Assembly: GCA_963718915.1 (NCBI GenBank)
Contig: CAVRAI010000004.1
Coordinates: 1,019,706-1,051,705 of the forward strand
Source: an uncultured Chloroflexia bacterium
Lineage (GTDB): Bacteria > Chloroflexota > Ktedonobacteria > Ktedonobacterales > JADMIN01
DNA length: 32,000 nucleotides
Direction of reading: 5' to 3'
This document shows, piece by piece, positions 1 to 9,858 of the stretch. The notes beneath the pieces were generated by a model. The model was not told the DNA's origin and searched no databases. It saw only the letters and a list, made by a program, of their open reading frames with translations. The position numbers and the translations under genes are program-made. The stretch's first letter is position 1; each line of letters begins with the position of its first letter.

Positions 1-2
1 AC

Positions 3-491
3 GGGGTCAACGGCACGCGATTCACGTTCTACAAGTTCCGGTCGATGTACCAGAACGTCGCCAGTGATGTGCATGAGAAAGCTACTGCTACCTTTATGGA
101 TGGGGCAGGCGAGCTGAATCATAGCGATAAGAACATGCCCTATAAGCTGGGTGACGACTCGCGAGTTACACGAGTTGGCAGGTTCATACGCAAAACGAGT
201 ATTGACGAACTGCCCCAGTTGTGGAATATAGTGAAGGGCGACATGTCCATCGTTGGACCTCGTCCTCCAGTTGAGTACGAGATCAGGCGCTACAGTGCGC
301 GACATTTCCTTCGCCTGGCTGGCAAGCCCGGTCTGACAGGTACCTGGCAGGTGTTCGGGCGCGGCCGGGTGACCTTTGAAGAAATGATCGACCAAGATAT
401 TAGTTACCTGGAGACGCAATCACTGCTCTACGACCTCAAGCTGATGGTTCTGACTGTTCCAGTTATGATTACCGGCAGGGGCGGAGCGTGA
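3..491 (+). CDS. Bacterial sugar transferase (polyprenyl-phosphate hexose-1-phosphate transferase family), C-terminal part; 5' end lies outside the window
   Basis: The frame of ORF 45..491 stays open back to base 3 (GVNGTRFTFYKFRSM). The YKFRSM, DELPQLWNIVKGDMSIVGPRPP and PGLTGTWQV motifs are the conserved core of WbaP/EpsL-type sugar transferases. Confidence 0.85.
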   Translation, partial: GVNGTRFTFYKFRSMYQNVASDVHEKATATFMDGAGELNHSDKNMPYKLGDDSRVTRVGRFIRKTSIDELPQLWNIVKGDMSIVGPRPPVEYEIRRYSARHFLRLAGKPGLTGTWQVFGRGRVTFEEMIDQDISYLETQSLLYDLKLMVLTVPVMITGRGGA

Positions 492-1025
492 GAGCCTGAT
501 TTTCCTCAGTTGATAAGCTGTTGTGCGCGTAGTGTTTGTCCCGTGTAGACACCTGGATCGATAATTCTCCGCTCAGACACAGTTGCTAACTCTCCGGGAG
601 CCATGAGTTGGTAACTGATCCAGATACGCAAACAGGACTAATTTGTGTGATGTCCGTCGCAAACTGTTCCCAAGAGTGTGGCCATGTGGGCGCTTGACCG
701 TTATAACATAGTGGATGAGGAAATGTGCCTGCCCTAGGTTCTTCCCCAAGCGTCACCGGTGTCAATGTCCTCGGTGAGACACTATGTTGTGCGATGGGTT
801 CAAGAAACGTCCTCAGATGCCAGACGCAACGCCGCTTCCTGGAATCAGCATCAGTTTCTGCTTTCCCGCAGGAGCATTGAGCAGGTTTTCCCATTCACCT
901 TCAACATTCCAGCGCACCCTGGGCAACTCGCTCCATGACGTTGCCCAGGCATGGAAGCCTTCTGGGAACAGGATGTACGTTCATGCAGTATGTCTAATTA
1001 GTAAGCGACCGCAGTGGAGGGCGAG

Positions 1026-1829
1026 ATGAAGCTGTTGGTGGTGGACAGCGATCGCGACATGGTGGAGATGGTAACAGGCTGGCTAAGAACTCGAGGTTAC
1101 GAAGTTCACCATGCCTTTACCCACGAGCGTGCAAGACAGGTTTGGCTTGACAAGCGACCAGATGTTGTCATTATTGACCCTGAGAATCACGGCAATGATC
1201 CGCTAGCCATGTGTCGTGAGATGCGCGATGCACATGATGCGCTGGTGCTCGTGTTTACTACGACAAATGGTGAAGATGCCGAGTCGGCATACCTCGAAAG
1301 TGGTGCGGATAGCTTCCTCGCAAAGCCTTTTCTCCCACGACAACTGCTCGCGCATCTGCGCGCGTTGAGTCGTCGCGTCCGTTCGACGCTGGTGCGCAAT
1401 CCTTCAACAATCATTGATGTTGGTCCACTGCGTGTGGATACTGTCCGACACGAGGTCGTGCGTGATGGCAAGGTTGTACGCCTGACGCCGACGGAAAGCC
1501 GATTGTTGCACCTGCTTGCGGCGAACGCCAACGATATCTGTACGCTCGATCAGATCGTGGTGCATGTCTGGGGATTTGGCGAATCTGGTGACAACTATTT
1601 GGTGAAGGCGCACATTCGCCATCTTCGCGAAAAGATTGAGCCTGTGCCGGGCAAGCCCCAGTTCATTCTGACATCGCCTGGTGTCGGATACATGCTCAAG
1701 CGCCATGTTGTTGAGGTAAGTCCATCCTTTGAGGAAGCGCACAGCCACGAAGAGCGACAGGCTCCTTCTGCAAGCTCTGCGCCTGCCAGTCCAGCACCGT
1801 CGCGGGTCATCCCAGGATTTGTACCGTAG
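1026..1829 (+). CDS. OmpR-family response regulator (receiver plus winged-helix DNA-binding domain) with an S/A/P-rich C-terminal tail
   Basis: The receiver has an acidic pocket (VVDSD), a phospho-acceptor (VVIIDP), and conserved T (FTTT) and K (AKPF). The C-terminal LTPTESRLL...YLVKAHIRHLREKIE...ILTSPGVGYML is OmpR/PhoB-type wHTH. ATG 1026 follows GGAGG (1016-1020); GTG 1014 is an alternative start. No histidine kinase gene is adjacent. Confidence 0.85.
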   Translation: MKLLVVDSDRDMVEMVTGWLRTRGYEVHHAFTHERARQVWLDKRPDVVIIDPENHGNDPLAMCREMRDAHDALVLVFTTTNGEDAESAYLESGADSFLAKPFLPRQLLAHLRALSRRVRSTLVRNPSTIIDVGPLRVDTVRHEVVRDGKVVRLTPTESRLLHLLAANANDICTLDQIVVHVWGFGESGDNYLVKAHIRHLREKIEPVPGKPQFILTSPGVGYMLKRHVVEVSPSFEEAHSHEERQAPSASSAPASPAPSRVIPGFVP

Positions 1830-1866
1830 CATGTTGTGAAGCGCGCATTGTCTGGTGATTAAGAGT

Positions 1867-1899
1867 TGCCCCATACGTTCTACCAGCGCGTGTGGGGCA
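1867..1899 (+). terminator. Possible weak terminator hairpin after the response regulator
   Basis: TGCCCCA (1867-1873) pairs with TGGGGCA (1893-1899) and is followed by TTGTTATAT. The loop is long (19 nt), so this is weak. Confidence 0.25.
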
Positions 1900-2440
1900 T
1901 TGTTATATCACCGTCACACAATGACGCTGAATCGCCATTGCCCGACTTGCGTCCGCTAAGTATCTCCTCCAGCTTGCTGAAATAATGTTGATTATTGCCA
2001 CATCATGACATAATTGCCTCTTGACAGGTATACACTCATCGATCCAGGCGAAGACATCTGGACATGTTGCGAAATCGCCTCGCTCTGCCGATTTGACGTC
2101 CCACCACTTCAGAACATATAGTGTTGGCAAACGACCATGCACACTCCATGAGAACCCCGCTCTGGACTTGTGCGCGCTGCAAACTCATCGTCGCAGGCTC
2201 ACGTACTGTTTCAGATCACCGACGGCGAAGTCGGCTTGCAGCTGATAATGTCATGTAGCGCAAACCGTGTAGTGCGAGGTTGGGTCTACGTACACCACAT
2301 GGCGACTTGCCTCGCGAACAGTTCTTTGGCGACGCGCATGCGTGTGATTGTTGCGCATGAAGTAACGTGTATCTTGTTTGGCTATCCAGCGTCCGTTGAC
2401 TGCACATAGCGGTGTGGTTCGGGCTTAAAGGAGGCTGGCA

Positions 2441-3319
2441 GTGATTCCGGATGACTTCACCTACTTTGCCCCCAGCAGCTTGCCCGAAGTGTGGGATCTG
2501 TTGCGACAACATGAGGGCGACGCGAAAATTCTGGCAGGCGGCCAGAGCCTGATACCTTTGATGAAGTTCCGCCTTGCATCCCCCGCGTATCTGATCGACC
2601 TCCGCAATGTACCAGGATTGACAACCCTCGAAGAACAGAATGGCTCGCTCGTCATTGGCGCCATGGTGCGAGAGTCTCATCTGGAACAATCTCCACTGAT
2701 CCAGGCACGATATCCCGGCATCTACGAAGCAAGCGCTGTTGTCGCAGATCCATTGGTGCGTAATTTCGCTACCGTAGGTGGTAACGTAGCGCATGCCGAT
2801 CCCGCCAACGATCACCCTGCTATGCTTCTTGCGCTGGGGGCGCATGTCACCGCCCAGAGTCCACGGGGAACTCGGACCATGGCGCTGGATGATTTTCTGG
2901 TAGACACGATGGAGACCGCCTTACGCCCTGATGAGGTGTTGACTGATATTCGCGTTCCACGGCCCCTTCCACATACCGGGTCGGCATATATCAAACTTGA
3001 GCGCAAAGTAGGGGACTATGCTATCGCCGCAGTCGGCGTCATGATTACCCTTGATGGCGGAGTGTGCAGCCGCGCAGGCATCGGCCTTACGAATGTAGGT
3101 CCAACAGCGATTCGCGCCCGGCAGGCAGAATCATATCTCGTTGGTAAGCAGCTCGATGAGGCGGTCGTGCGCGAGGCAGCCAGACTGGCATCAGCGGCGG
3201 CTGAGCCAACCACGGATCTACATGGGCCCGCGGACTACAAGCGCTCCATATTGCGGACGCTGACCGCGCGTGCATTGCGGCTAGCGGTACAGCGCGCCCA
3301 GGCGGGAGGTGGACAATGA
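2441..3319 (+). CDS. coxM: Aerobic CO dehydrogenase medium subunit, FAD-binding (CoxM)
   Basis: GTG start is preceded by AAAGGAGG. The [18 protein letters not shown]-binding motif and the CO-dehydrogenase flavoprotein C-terminal domain ([13 protein letters not shown]) are present. Translationally coupled to coxS (ATGA overlap). Confidence 0.9.
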   Translation: MIPDDFTYFAPSSLPEVWDLLRQHEGDAKILAGGQSLIPLMKFRLASPAYLIDLRNVPGLTTLEEQNGSLVIGAMVRESHLEQSPLIQARYPGIYEASAVVADPLVRNFATVGGNVAHADPANDHPAMLLALGAHVTAQSPRGTRTMALDDFLVDTMETALRPDEVLTDIRVPRPLPHTGSAYIKLERKVGDYAIAAVGVMITLDGGVCSRAGIGLTNVGPTAIRARQAESYLVGKQLDEAVVREAARLASAAAEPTTDLHGPADYKRSILRTLTARALRLAVQRAQAGGGQ

Positions 3320-3825
3320 CTCAGCATGTCACCATGAAGATCAACGGCCAGTCTTATGAGGCTGACATCGAATCGCGACTGCTGCTCGTCCACTTCATTC
3401 GCGAGGTGGCGAACCTGACGGGCACGCATATTGGTTGTGATACGACCAGTTGTGGCGCGTGCACTGTGCTAGTTAACGGCACACCGGCCAAGTCATGCAC
3501 GATATTCGCCGTTCAGGCTGACGGCGCCGAGATCAGCACCGTCGAGGGCCTCGAACAAGGTGGCAAATTACACCCGATTCAAGAGGGCTTTTTCGAGGAG
3601 CATGGCCTGCAATGTGGCTTTTGCACTCCTGGGATGATGATGACGTCCGTTGCTTTCCTCAAAGATCACCCCAATCCAACCGATGAAGAGATTCGACGGG
3701 CAATCTCGGGCAACCTCTGCCGTTGCACGGGTTACGTTAATATCGTCAAATCGATTCAATATGCCGCGAAGAAAATACGCGATGAGCAGGCCACGCCAGC
3801 TACGGAATCGGAGGCGGTCGTATGA
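3316..3825 (+). CDS. coxS: Aerobic CO dehydrogenase small subunit, two [2Fe-2S] clusters (CoxS)
   Basis: Both cluster motifs are present: [12 protein letters not shown]...C and CGFCTPG...CRCTGY. ATGA overlaps on both sides. Confidence 0.92.
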   Translation: MTQHVTMKINGQSYEADIESRLLLVHFIREVANLTGTHIGCDTTSCGACTVLVNGTPAKSCTIFAVQADGAEISTVEGLEQGGKLHPIQEGFFEEHGLQCGFCTPGMMMTSVAFLKDHPNPTDEEIRRAISGNLCRCTGYVNIVKSIQYAAKKIRDEQATPATESEAVV

Positions 3826-6176
3826 CAACGGATAGTGCAGCGATTGGTGGCATGGGCCGCAGTATCAAGCGTAAAGAAGATGCGCGCTTCCTGCGTGGCA
3901 AGGGCCGTTACATCGATGATATCAAGCTCCCCGGCATGGTCTATATGGATATTGTGCGCAGCCCCTATGCGCACGCGACCATCAAGAGTATTGATGCGAG
4001 CAAGGCGCTTGCATTGCCTGGCGTGCTGGCGGTTATTACCGGTAAGGATTTGGAGGCGGCGGGGCTTGCCTGGATGCCGACGCTGATGAGCGATAAGCAG
4101 ATGGTGCTCCCTGTGGATCGGGTTGTCTATCAGGCACAGGAAGTGGCTGCGGTTGTCGCGACTGAGCGCTACATTGCCGCCGATGCGGTTGCCCTGGTCG
4201 AGGTGGATTATGAGCCACTTCCGCCGGTCATCGACCCATTTAAGGCGCTTGAACCTGATTCACCACTTGTCCGGCCAGACCGCGAACAGAAGACCAACCA
4301 CATCTGGCATTGGGAAGCTGGAGACGCGGCCCGGACCGACCAGATATTCCAGAGCGCTGATGTCGTCGTCAAGCAAGATCTCTATATCCCGCGCATTCAC
4401 GTCTGTTCGATTGAGACGTGCGGCTGCGTCGCCTCGTTTGACAAAGTTGAAGGCAAGCTGACCGTCTACATGACGACCCAGGCGCCGCACGCCATTCGCA
4501 CAGTGTACTCCCTGGTGACAGGTATTCCCGAACACAAGATTCGCATTGTCTCGCCCGATATAGGCGGCGGTTTCGGTGGAAAAGTGCCTGTTTATCCCGG
4601 CTATGTGATTGCCAGCGTCGCGTCGATTACCACGGGGCTTCCCGTCAAGTGGATTGAGGATCGGTCGGAGAATCTTCAGGCGGATAGCTTCGCCAGAGAC
4701 TATCACATCACCGCCGAGCTGGCGGCGAAGAGCGATGGCACGATGCAGGCGCTCCGTGTCAAGACGCTCGCCGATCATGGGGCATTCGATGCTGCCGCGA
4801 ACCCTTCGAAGTTTCCGGCAGGGTTATACAGCATCATTACTGGGTCGTACACCCTGGAGGCGGCCCACGTTGAGGTGGATGGAGTCTACACCAATAAGCC
4901 GCCTGGCGGTGTCGCTTATCGCTGCTCGTTCCGTGTCACGGAGGCGGTGCATACCATCGAGCGAATGGTGGATACACTGGCGCAGAGGCTCCAACTTGAC
5001 CCTGCCGATGTGCGGATGAAAAACTTCATCCAGCCCGATGCCTTCCCATACAAGTCCGCCACAGGTTGGGAATATGACAGTGGCAACTATCCTGCTGCGC
5101 TGCAAAAGGCGATGGATAAGATCGACTACCCGGGCCTGCGTCGGGAGCAGGCGGAGAAGCGCGCGCGTGGCGAACTGATGGGTATTGGCATCTCGACGTT
5201 CACCGAGATTGTCGGCGCCGGACCATCACATACCTTCGACATACTTGGCATCAAGATGTTCGACAGTTGTGAGATACGCGTCCACCCTACGGGGTCTGCC
5301 ATCGTGCGAATCGGCGTGCAGACGCAGGGGCAGGGTCACGAAACCACGTTTGCCCAGATTGTCGCGGAAGAGTTGGGCTTGCCAGTCGACAACATCACCG
5401 TCGAGCATGGCGACACCGATACCGCTCCATATGGCCTCGGCACATACGCCAGCCGCAGTACGCCTACAGCAGGCGCGGCTACAGCGGTCGCTTCGCGGAA
5501 GATCCGCGAGAAGGCGAAGAAGATCGCTGGGCATCTGCTCGAGGTCAGCCCGGACGATGTCGAATGGGTGGACTACAAGTTCCAGGTGAAGGGCGTACCA
5601 GGTCGCTCGGTAACGATGAAAGATGTCGCGTTCGCCGCGTATACGAACTTCCCACAGGATGTTGAGGCTGGCCTCGAGGCGGTAGATTATTACGATCCGC
5701 CAAATCTGACCTTCCCGTTTGGCGCGTACATCTGTGTCGTAGATATTGATCGTGGCACGGGCGTCGTCAAGATTCGCCGCTTTGTCGCAGTGGATGATTG
5801 TGGCAACATTATCAATCCAATGATCGTTGACGGTCAGATTCATGGCGGCCTGACGATGGGCATGGCTCCGGCGCTCTTTGAGGCGATTACCTACGATGAG
5901 GATGGAAATATCCAGCAGAGCAACCTCATGGATTACCTGTTGCCAACCGCGATGGAGACGCCCGTTTGGGAAACGGACAAGACGGTGACACCATCGCCTC
6001 ACCATCCACTCGGCGCGAAAGGTGTTGGCGAGTCCGCGACAGTGGGCGCGCCGCCCGCGATTGCGAACGCGGTGGTGGATGCGCTGAGCCATCTCGGCGT
6101 AACCCATCTGGATATCCCCATCACGCCGTGGAAGGTCTATGAGATCCTCGAAGCGCACGGGGTTGCCGAGGGGTAG
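3822..6176 (+). CDS. coxL: Aerobic CO dehydrogenase large subunit, molybdopterin-binding, form I (CoxL)
   Basis: 784 aa of the xanthine-oxidase-family Mo subunit. The active-site loop [13 protein letters not shown] (VAYRCSFR encoded at 4911-4934) is the form-I CODH signature. The M-S-L gene order is also the form-I order. Confidence 0.92.
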   Translation: MTTDSAAIGGMGRSIKRKEDARFLRGKGRYIDDIKLPGMVYMDIVRSPYAHATIKSIDASKALALPGVLAVITGKDLEAAGLAWMPTLMSDKQMVLPVDRVVYQAQEVAAVVATERYIAADAVALVEVDYEPLPPVIDPFKALEPDSPLVRPDREQKTNHIWHWEAGDAARTDQIFQSADVVVKQDLYIPRIHVCSIETCGCVASFDKVEGKLTVYMTTQAPHAIRTVYSLVTGIPEHKIRIVSPDIGGGFGGKVPVYPGYVIASVASITTGLPVKWIEDRSENLQADSFARDYHITAELAAKSDGTMQALRVKTLADHGAFDAAANPSKFPAGLYSIITGSYTLEAAHVEVDGVYTNKPPGGVAYRCSFRVTEAVHTIERMVDTLAQRLQLDPADVRMKNFIQPDAFPYKSATGWEYDSGNYPAALQKAMDKIDYPGLRREQAEKRARGELMGIGISTFTEIVGAGPSHTFDILGIKMFDSCEIRVHPTGSAIVRIGVQTQGQGHETTFAQIVAEELGLPVDNITVEHGDTDTAPYGLGTYASRSTPTAGAATAVASRKIREKAKKIAGHLLEVSPDDVEWVDYKFQVKGVPGRSVTMKDVAFAAYTNFPQDVEAGLEAVDYYDPPNLTFPFGAYICVVDIDRGTGVVKIRRFVAVDDCGNIINPMIVDGQIHGGLTMGMAPALFEAITYDEDGNIQQSNLMDYLLPTAMETPVWETDKTVTPSPHHPLGAKGVGESATVGAPPAIANAVVDALSHLGVTHLDIPITPWKVYEILEAHGVAEG

Positions 6177-6206
6177 TTACATTTCATACCCGTGGAGGCT
6201 TAAGCG

Positions 6207-6686
6207 ATGCATTTCGAGGGAAGCGAACAGATCAAAGCATCGAAGGAAGCGGTTTTCAGCTTCTTGCTCGACCCCAATAAGGTGGCTGGGTGTGCGCCGG
6301 GATTTATCTCGATGGATATCCTGGCGCCGGATCACTTCAAGCCGACACTTGGGGTTGGTGTGGGGGCGGTAAAGGCAAAGTTTACGCTTGACGTTCAACT
6401 GCAAAATATCCGCCAGCCGGATCATGGCGAAGTCAAAGCTCACGGTGTTGCGGCGGGCAGCGCCGTCGATCTCGTGGCAATCGTCGATCTCGTGCCAGTG
6501 ACAGAGGCTGAGACGACGATGAACTGGGTATCCGATGTGACCGTCAGCGGCACCATCGCCAGCGTGGGTGCGCGTCTGCTGGAAGGCACTGCGCACAAGC
6601 AGATCACGAAGTTCTTCGCCTGCTTCAAGCAGAAACTCGAAGCTCCAGCACCCGAGGCAGCTGCATCTGAAGCGCCTGAATCCTAG
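6207..6686 (+). CDS. coxG: CoxG-like SRPBCC-fold protein (CO dehydrogenase subunit G family)
   Basis: MHFEGSEQIKASKEAVFSFLLDPNKVAGCAPG...VSGTIASVGARLLEGTAHKQITKFFACF matches the CoxG/SRPBCC pattern. It lies directly downstream of coxL. Confidence 0.8.
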   Translation: MHFEGSEQIKASKEAVFSFLLDPNKVAGCAPGFISMDILAPDHFKPTLGVGVGAVKAKFTLDVQLQNIRQPDHGEVKAHGVAAGSAVDLVAIVDLVPVTEAETTMNWVSDVTVSGTIASVGARLLEGTAHKQITKFFACFKQKLEAPAPEAAASEAPES

Positions 6687-6705
6687 TAGTTAGTGAGGCC
6701 ACCAG

Positions 6706-7662
6706 ATGCGCGACGATGTCCTGGAGAAAGCCCAACGGTTACGAGCGGAGCAATCGGTCTTCGCGCTGGCCACCGTCGTCCTGGCGCGGCAGCCAACATC
6801 TGGAACCCAGGGCGGACACGCGATCATCTTTCCTGATGGGCGTATGGAAGGATGGGTTGGTGGCCATTGCGCCCGACCAGCCGTCATTCGTCAAAGTATC
6901 GAGGCGCTGACGGCTGGCGCCCCACGGCTTGTCGTGATTAGCCCCGATGTGAAAGAGTCAACATCACTCAATGGAGGCGTTGTCAAAGTGCCGATGCTCT
7001 GTGCTGGGCAGGGTGAGCTTCAGGTGTTCGTCGAACCATTTCTGCCGCGCACTGCGCTCGTGGTCGTTGGAGAATCGGCTGTTGCGCGTGCATTGACTCG
7101 GTTTGCGGCGCTGCTGGGTTTCGAAGTGTGGGCCTGCGATCCCCTGGCTGACATGGTGAGCTTTCCCGACGCTGATCGTCTGGTAGCGTCACTTGATGCG
7201 CTCGGCCCGCAGCTCACCGAGCGCAATTATGTCGTGGTCGCTACGATTGGTGAGTATGACGAAGATGCTGCCTGCGTCGCGCTCGAGAGTTCAGCCAGCT
7301 ATGTTGGGCTGGTGGCCAGCAACAAACGCCTTGAGTCCGTGAAAGCCGATCTGAGTGAGCGTGGTCTCACCGAAGACCAGCTTGCCCGGCTCAAGCGTCC
7401 AGCTGGCCTTAAGAGCTTCGTCATCAAGCCTGAGGAAATCGCCTTCAGTGTGATGGCGGAACTGATTGAGGCGCGTCATCAGGGTCTAGGCATTCTCTCC
7501 AACCTCCCCACGCAATCCCAGCGCGCCGAGGCCATCGACCCTATCTGTGGGATGACGGTGGATGTGGCAACTGCGCGCTACACTTCGGTGCGCGACGGCG
7601 AGACACACTATTTCTGCTGCGCTGGTTGTAAAGCCACCTTCGAGAAGCAGTCGGCTTCCTGA
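6706..7662 (+). CDS. XdhC/CoxI-family Mo-cofactor maturation protein fused to a C-terminal YHS/TRASH-type metal-binding domain
   Basis: The N-terminal XdhC_CoxI domain (FALATVV...GHAIIFPDGRMEGWVGGHCA) and the Rossmann-like XdhC C-domain (LVVVGESAVARAL...) are present. The last ~40 aa, DPICGMTVDVATARYTSVRDGETHYFCCAGCKATFE (7537-7644), are a YHS-type motif. Confidence 0.8.
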   Translation: MRDDVLEKAQRLRAEQSVFALATVVLARQPTSGTQGGHAIIFPDGRMEGWVGGHCARPAVIRQSIEALTAGAPRLVVISPDVKESTSLNGGVVKVPMLCAGQGELQVFVEPFLPRTALVVVGESAVARALTRFAALLGFEVWACDPLADMVSFPDADRLVASLDALGPQLTERNYVVVATIGEYDEDAACVALESSASYVGLVASNKRLESVKADLSERGLTEDQLARLKRPAGLKSFVIKPEEIAFSVMAELIEARHQGLGILSNLPTQSQRAEAIDPICGMTVDVATARYTSVRDGETHYFCCAGCKATFEKQSAS

Positions 7663-7678
7663 ATGATCGCCGTGGTGG

Positions 7679-8734
7679 TCAGGAGTCAGTCGCGGATGCT
7701 GAGTTGGTAGTTGACGGGTTGACCGTCGCGCTACTGGTGTTTCCCTCGCCATAGAGAAAACAATTTGTCCAGTGACCACCGCCAAGGTCAGTGCGACCGG
7801 GGAAACGCTCGTGACAGATGGGCATTGCATGTGGACACCGTGGATGGAAACGGCAGCCAGGTGGTGGGGTAATCAGGCTGGGAATCTCGCCGCGCGCAGG
7901 CAACGGCTTCGCTGACGAGGGGCGGTCGGGATCAGGCGCCGCCGAGATCAGCAGTTGCGTGTAGGGATGTTTGGGCTGCTGGATGACTGCATCACTTGGG
8001 CCACCTTCAACGGTCTGCCCCGCATACATAACCAGTGTTTCCTCGGCAAAGTAGCGGGCACTGGCGATATCATGGGTGATGAAGAGGACGGCTAGCCGCT
8101 CCTCCTGTTTGAGTCGGAGCAAAAGATTTAGCACTCCTAGGCGTATCGAGACATCAAGCATCGACACAGGTTCATCCGCAAGCAACACCTCCGGTCCGAC
8201 CGCCAATGCGCGGGCGATGGACACGCGCTGGCGCTGACCACCGCTTAATTGGTGGGGATACTTTTCGATGAACTGATCCGCAGGTGTCAGACTCACTTTG
8301 TTCAGCAACGCCAGAATCTGCGCGGTTTCCTCAGACTGGGAATGCGCCCGATCATGTAGTCGCAAGGCGCGCCCGAGATGATGGCGGACGGAGTGGACCG
8401 GATTTAGCGAGGCAAATGGATCTTGAAAGACCATCTGGACGTGATGGCGATAGGCATGCAGGCCACCCCGCTTGGTACTCCCCACTGGAGCGCCTCGGAA
8501 GCGTATCGCTCCTGAAGTCGGCTCATAGAGTCGGGCGAGCATCCTGGCGACCGTCGTCTTCCCGCTGCCACTCTCGCCGACGAGCGCCATTGCGTGACCG
8601 GCGGAGAGCGCCATCGAAATGTCTTCTACCGCATGCACCACTTGCGGCTTCGCGAGTGGGCGGTACTGCCGGACTGGGAAGTGCTTGCGTAGATGGTCAG
8701 CTTCTAAGATCGGTGCGGTTGCTTGCGTGTTCAT
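7679..8734 (-). CDS. ABC transporter ATP-binding protein, Dpp/Opp family (DppF/OppF-like)
   Basis: Walker [10 protein letters not shown], signature LSGGQRQR and Walker B LLLADEP are present. The oligopeptide-type C-terminal domain has a Cys cluster ([14 protein letters not shown]). Confidence 0.9.
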   Translation of the reverse strand: MNTQATAPILEADHLRKHFPVRQYRPLAKPQVVHAVEDISMALSAGHAMALVGESGSGKTTVARMLARLYEPTSGAIRFRGAPVGSTKRGGLHAYRHHVQMVFQDPFASLNPVHSVRHHLGRALRLHDRAHSQSEETAQILALLNKVSLTPADQFIEKYPHQLSGGQRQRVSIARALAVGPEVLLADEPVSMLDVSIRLGVLNLLLRLKQEERLAVLFITHDIASARYFAEETLVMYAGQTVEGGPSDAVIQQPKHPYTQLLISAAPDPDRPSSAKPLPARGEIPSLITPPPGCRFHPRCPHAMPICHERFPGRTDLGGGHWTNCFLYGEGNTSSATVNPSTTNSASATDS

Positions 8735-9858
8735 GCTGGCGTCCTCCCGAGCTCCAGTGTTGCCGAAGATAAGGCACTGTAGCCCTCTTCCATCTCGGCG
8801 GGCGTCGGTGGCTCCATTCCTTCGGCGTGATCTGGGTCATATCGGTGGCATGCGACCGATTGCCCGATGTGACCAACTGGCGTCGATAAAAGTGCAGGCA
8901 CTTTCAGAGAACATGGCGCAAAAGCTAACGGGCACCGAGGATGGAACGCGCAGCCGGTCGGGACGTTGCGCAGGTCAGGTGGCGAGCCAGCAATGCCGGT
9001 CATCAGCCGCCGCTCGCCATGCAGTGACGGGAACGAGTGGAGCATACCGAAGCTGTATGGGTGCAGAGGCTTGCGATGAAGCTCGCGCGCGCTGGTCATC
9101 TCGACAACGCGGCCTGCGTACATAATCGCGATGGTATCCGCGATTTCGAGTAACAGGGAGAGATCGTGAGTGATGAAGATGATCGAGAGATCAAGTTGTT
9201 CGCGCAGCCGCAGCAGTTCGGTGAGAATTTCACGCTGTACAACCACATCGAGAGCAGTGGTCGGTTCATCCATGATGATGAGCTTCGGTGTGAGCGCCAG
9301 GGCGATGGCAATCGTCGCGCGTTGGCGCATACCACCGCTCAGCTCATGCGGATAGCTCTTTAGCCGCTCGGCGGCGATGCCGACCATCTCGAAGAGCTCG
9401 CGTGCCCGGCCGCGCCGGTGCGCCGATGTCATCTTAGGGCGGTGAGTTGCCAGCACGTCGAGTAACTGATTGCCCACGGTCATTGTCGGGTTGAGGGCAT
9501 TCATTGCGCTTTGAAAGACAATAGCAAGCTCTCGCCAGCGAATGGCGCGTAGCTCTGCAGGATTCAGGCGGAGAATATCTGTCGGCTCCGCTGCCACTGA
9601 TACCCCCGGTTGGTCGGATTCCTGCCCATAATAGAGCACTTCGCCGTGAGTGACCTCTGCGGGTGGGCGTAGCAGGCGAGTGATTGCATAGGCCATCGTG
9701 GACTTGCCGCTCCCGCTTTCCCCTGCCAGACCGAGAATTTCACCTCGGCGCAATCGCAGGCTCACATCGCTCACAGCATGGACCGCACCGCTTTCGCTCA
9801 GATAGTCCACGCACAGATGACTCACATCGAGAATCGGCGTATTTGTATTCATGCTCAT
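8731..9858 (-). CDS. ABC transporter ATP-binding protein, Dpp/Opp family (DppD/OppD-like)
   Basis: Walker [10 protein letters not shown], signature LSGGMRQR and Walker B LIIMDEP, plus [14 protein letters not shown]. Overlaps its neighbours by 4 nt. Confidence 0.9.
   Translation of the reverse strand: MSMNTNTPILDVSHLCVDYLSESGAVHAVSDVSLRLRRGEILGLAGESGSGKSTMAYAITRLLRPPAEVTHGEVLYYGQESDQPGVSVAAEPTDILRLNPAELRAIRWRELAIVFQSAMNALNPTMTVGNQLLDVLATHRPKMTSAHRRGRARELFEMVGIAAERLKSYPHELSGGMRQRATIAIALALTPKLIIMDEPTTALDVVVQREILTELLRLREQLDLSIIFITHDLSLLLEIADTIAIMYAGRVVEMTSARELHRKPLHPYSFGMLHSFPSLHGERRLMTGIAGSPPDLRNVPTGCAFHPRCPLAFAPCSLKVPALLSTPVGHIGQSVACHRYDPDHAEGMEPPTPAEMEEGYSALSSATLELGRTPA

Noticed and set aside
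918-949. Perfect 10-bp hairpin CCTGGGCAAC / GTTGCCCAGG upstream of the response regulator, as a terminator or riboswitch element.
   Set aside because: No U-tract follows, no recognisable riboswitch core surrounds it, and no upstream gene ends nearby that needs terminating. Its function is undeterminable from sequence.
586-1029. ORFs 586..894(-) and 784..1029(+) between the sugar transferase and the response regulator.
   Set aside because: No RBS, an odd composition, and they overlap each other. The region is treated as non-coding.
1903-2142. 79-aa minus-strand ORF in the AT-richer spacer upstream of coxM.
   Set aside because: It starts at GTG with GGAG only 1 nt upstream, which is not a functional spacing. 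It has no recognisable motifs, so it is likely chance.
5226-6158. Long antisense ORFs opposite well-supported genes. Examples: 5226..6158(-), 4260..4778(-), 2216..2845(-), 15924..16445(+), 19655..20212(-), 22202..22762(-), 23549..24238(-), 24665..25456(-), 26466..27269(-).
   Set aside because: Their translations are R/P/C/H-rich with no recognisable motifs, as expected for shadow ORFs in GC-rich DNA. Each overlaps a gene with strong family motifs on the other strand.
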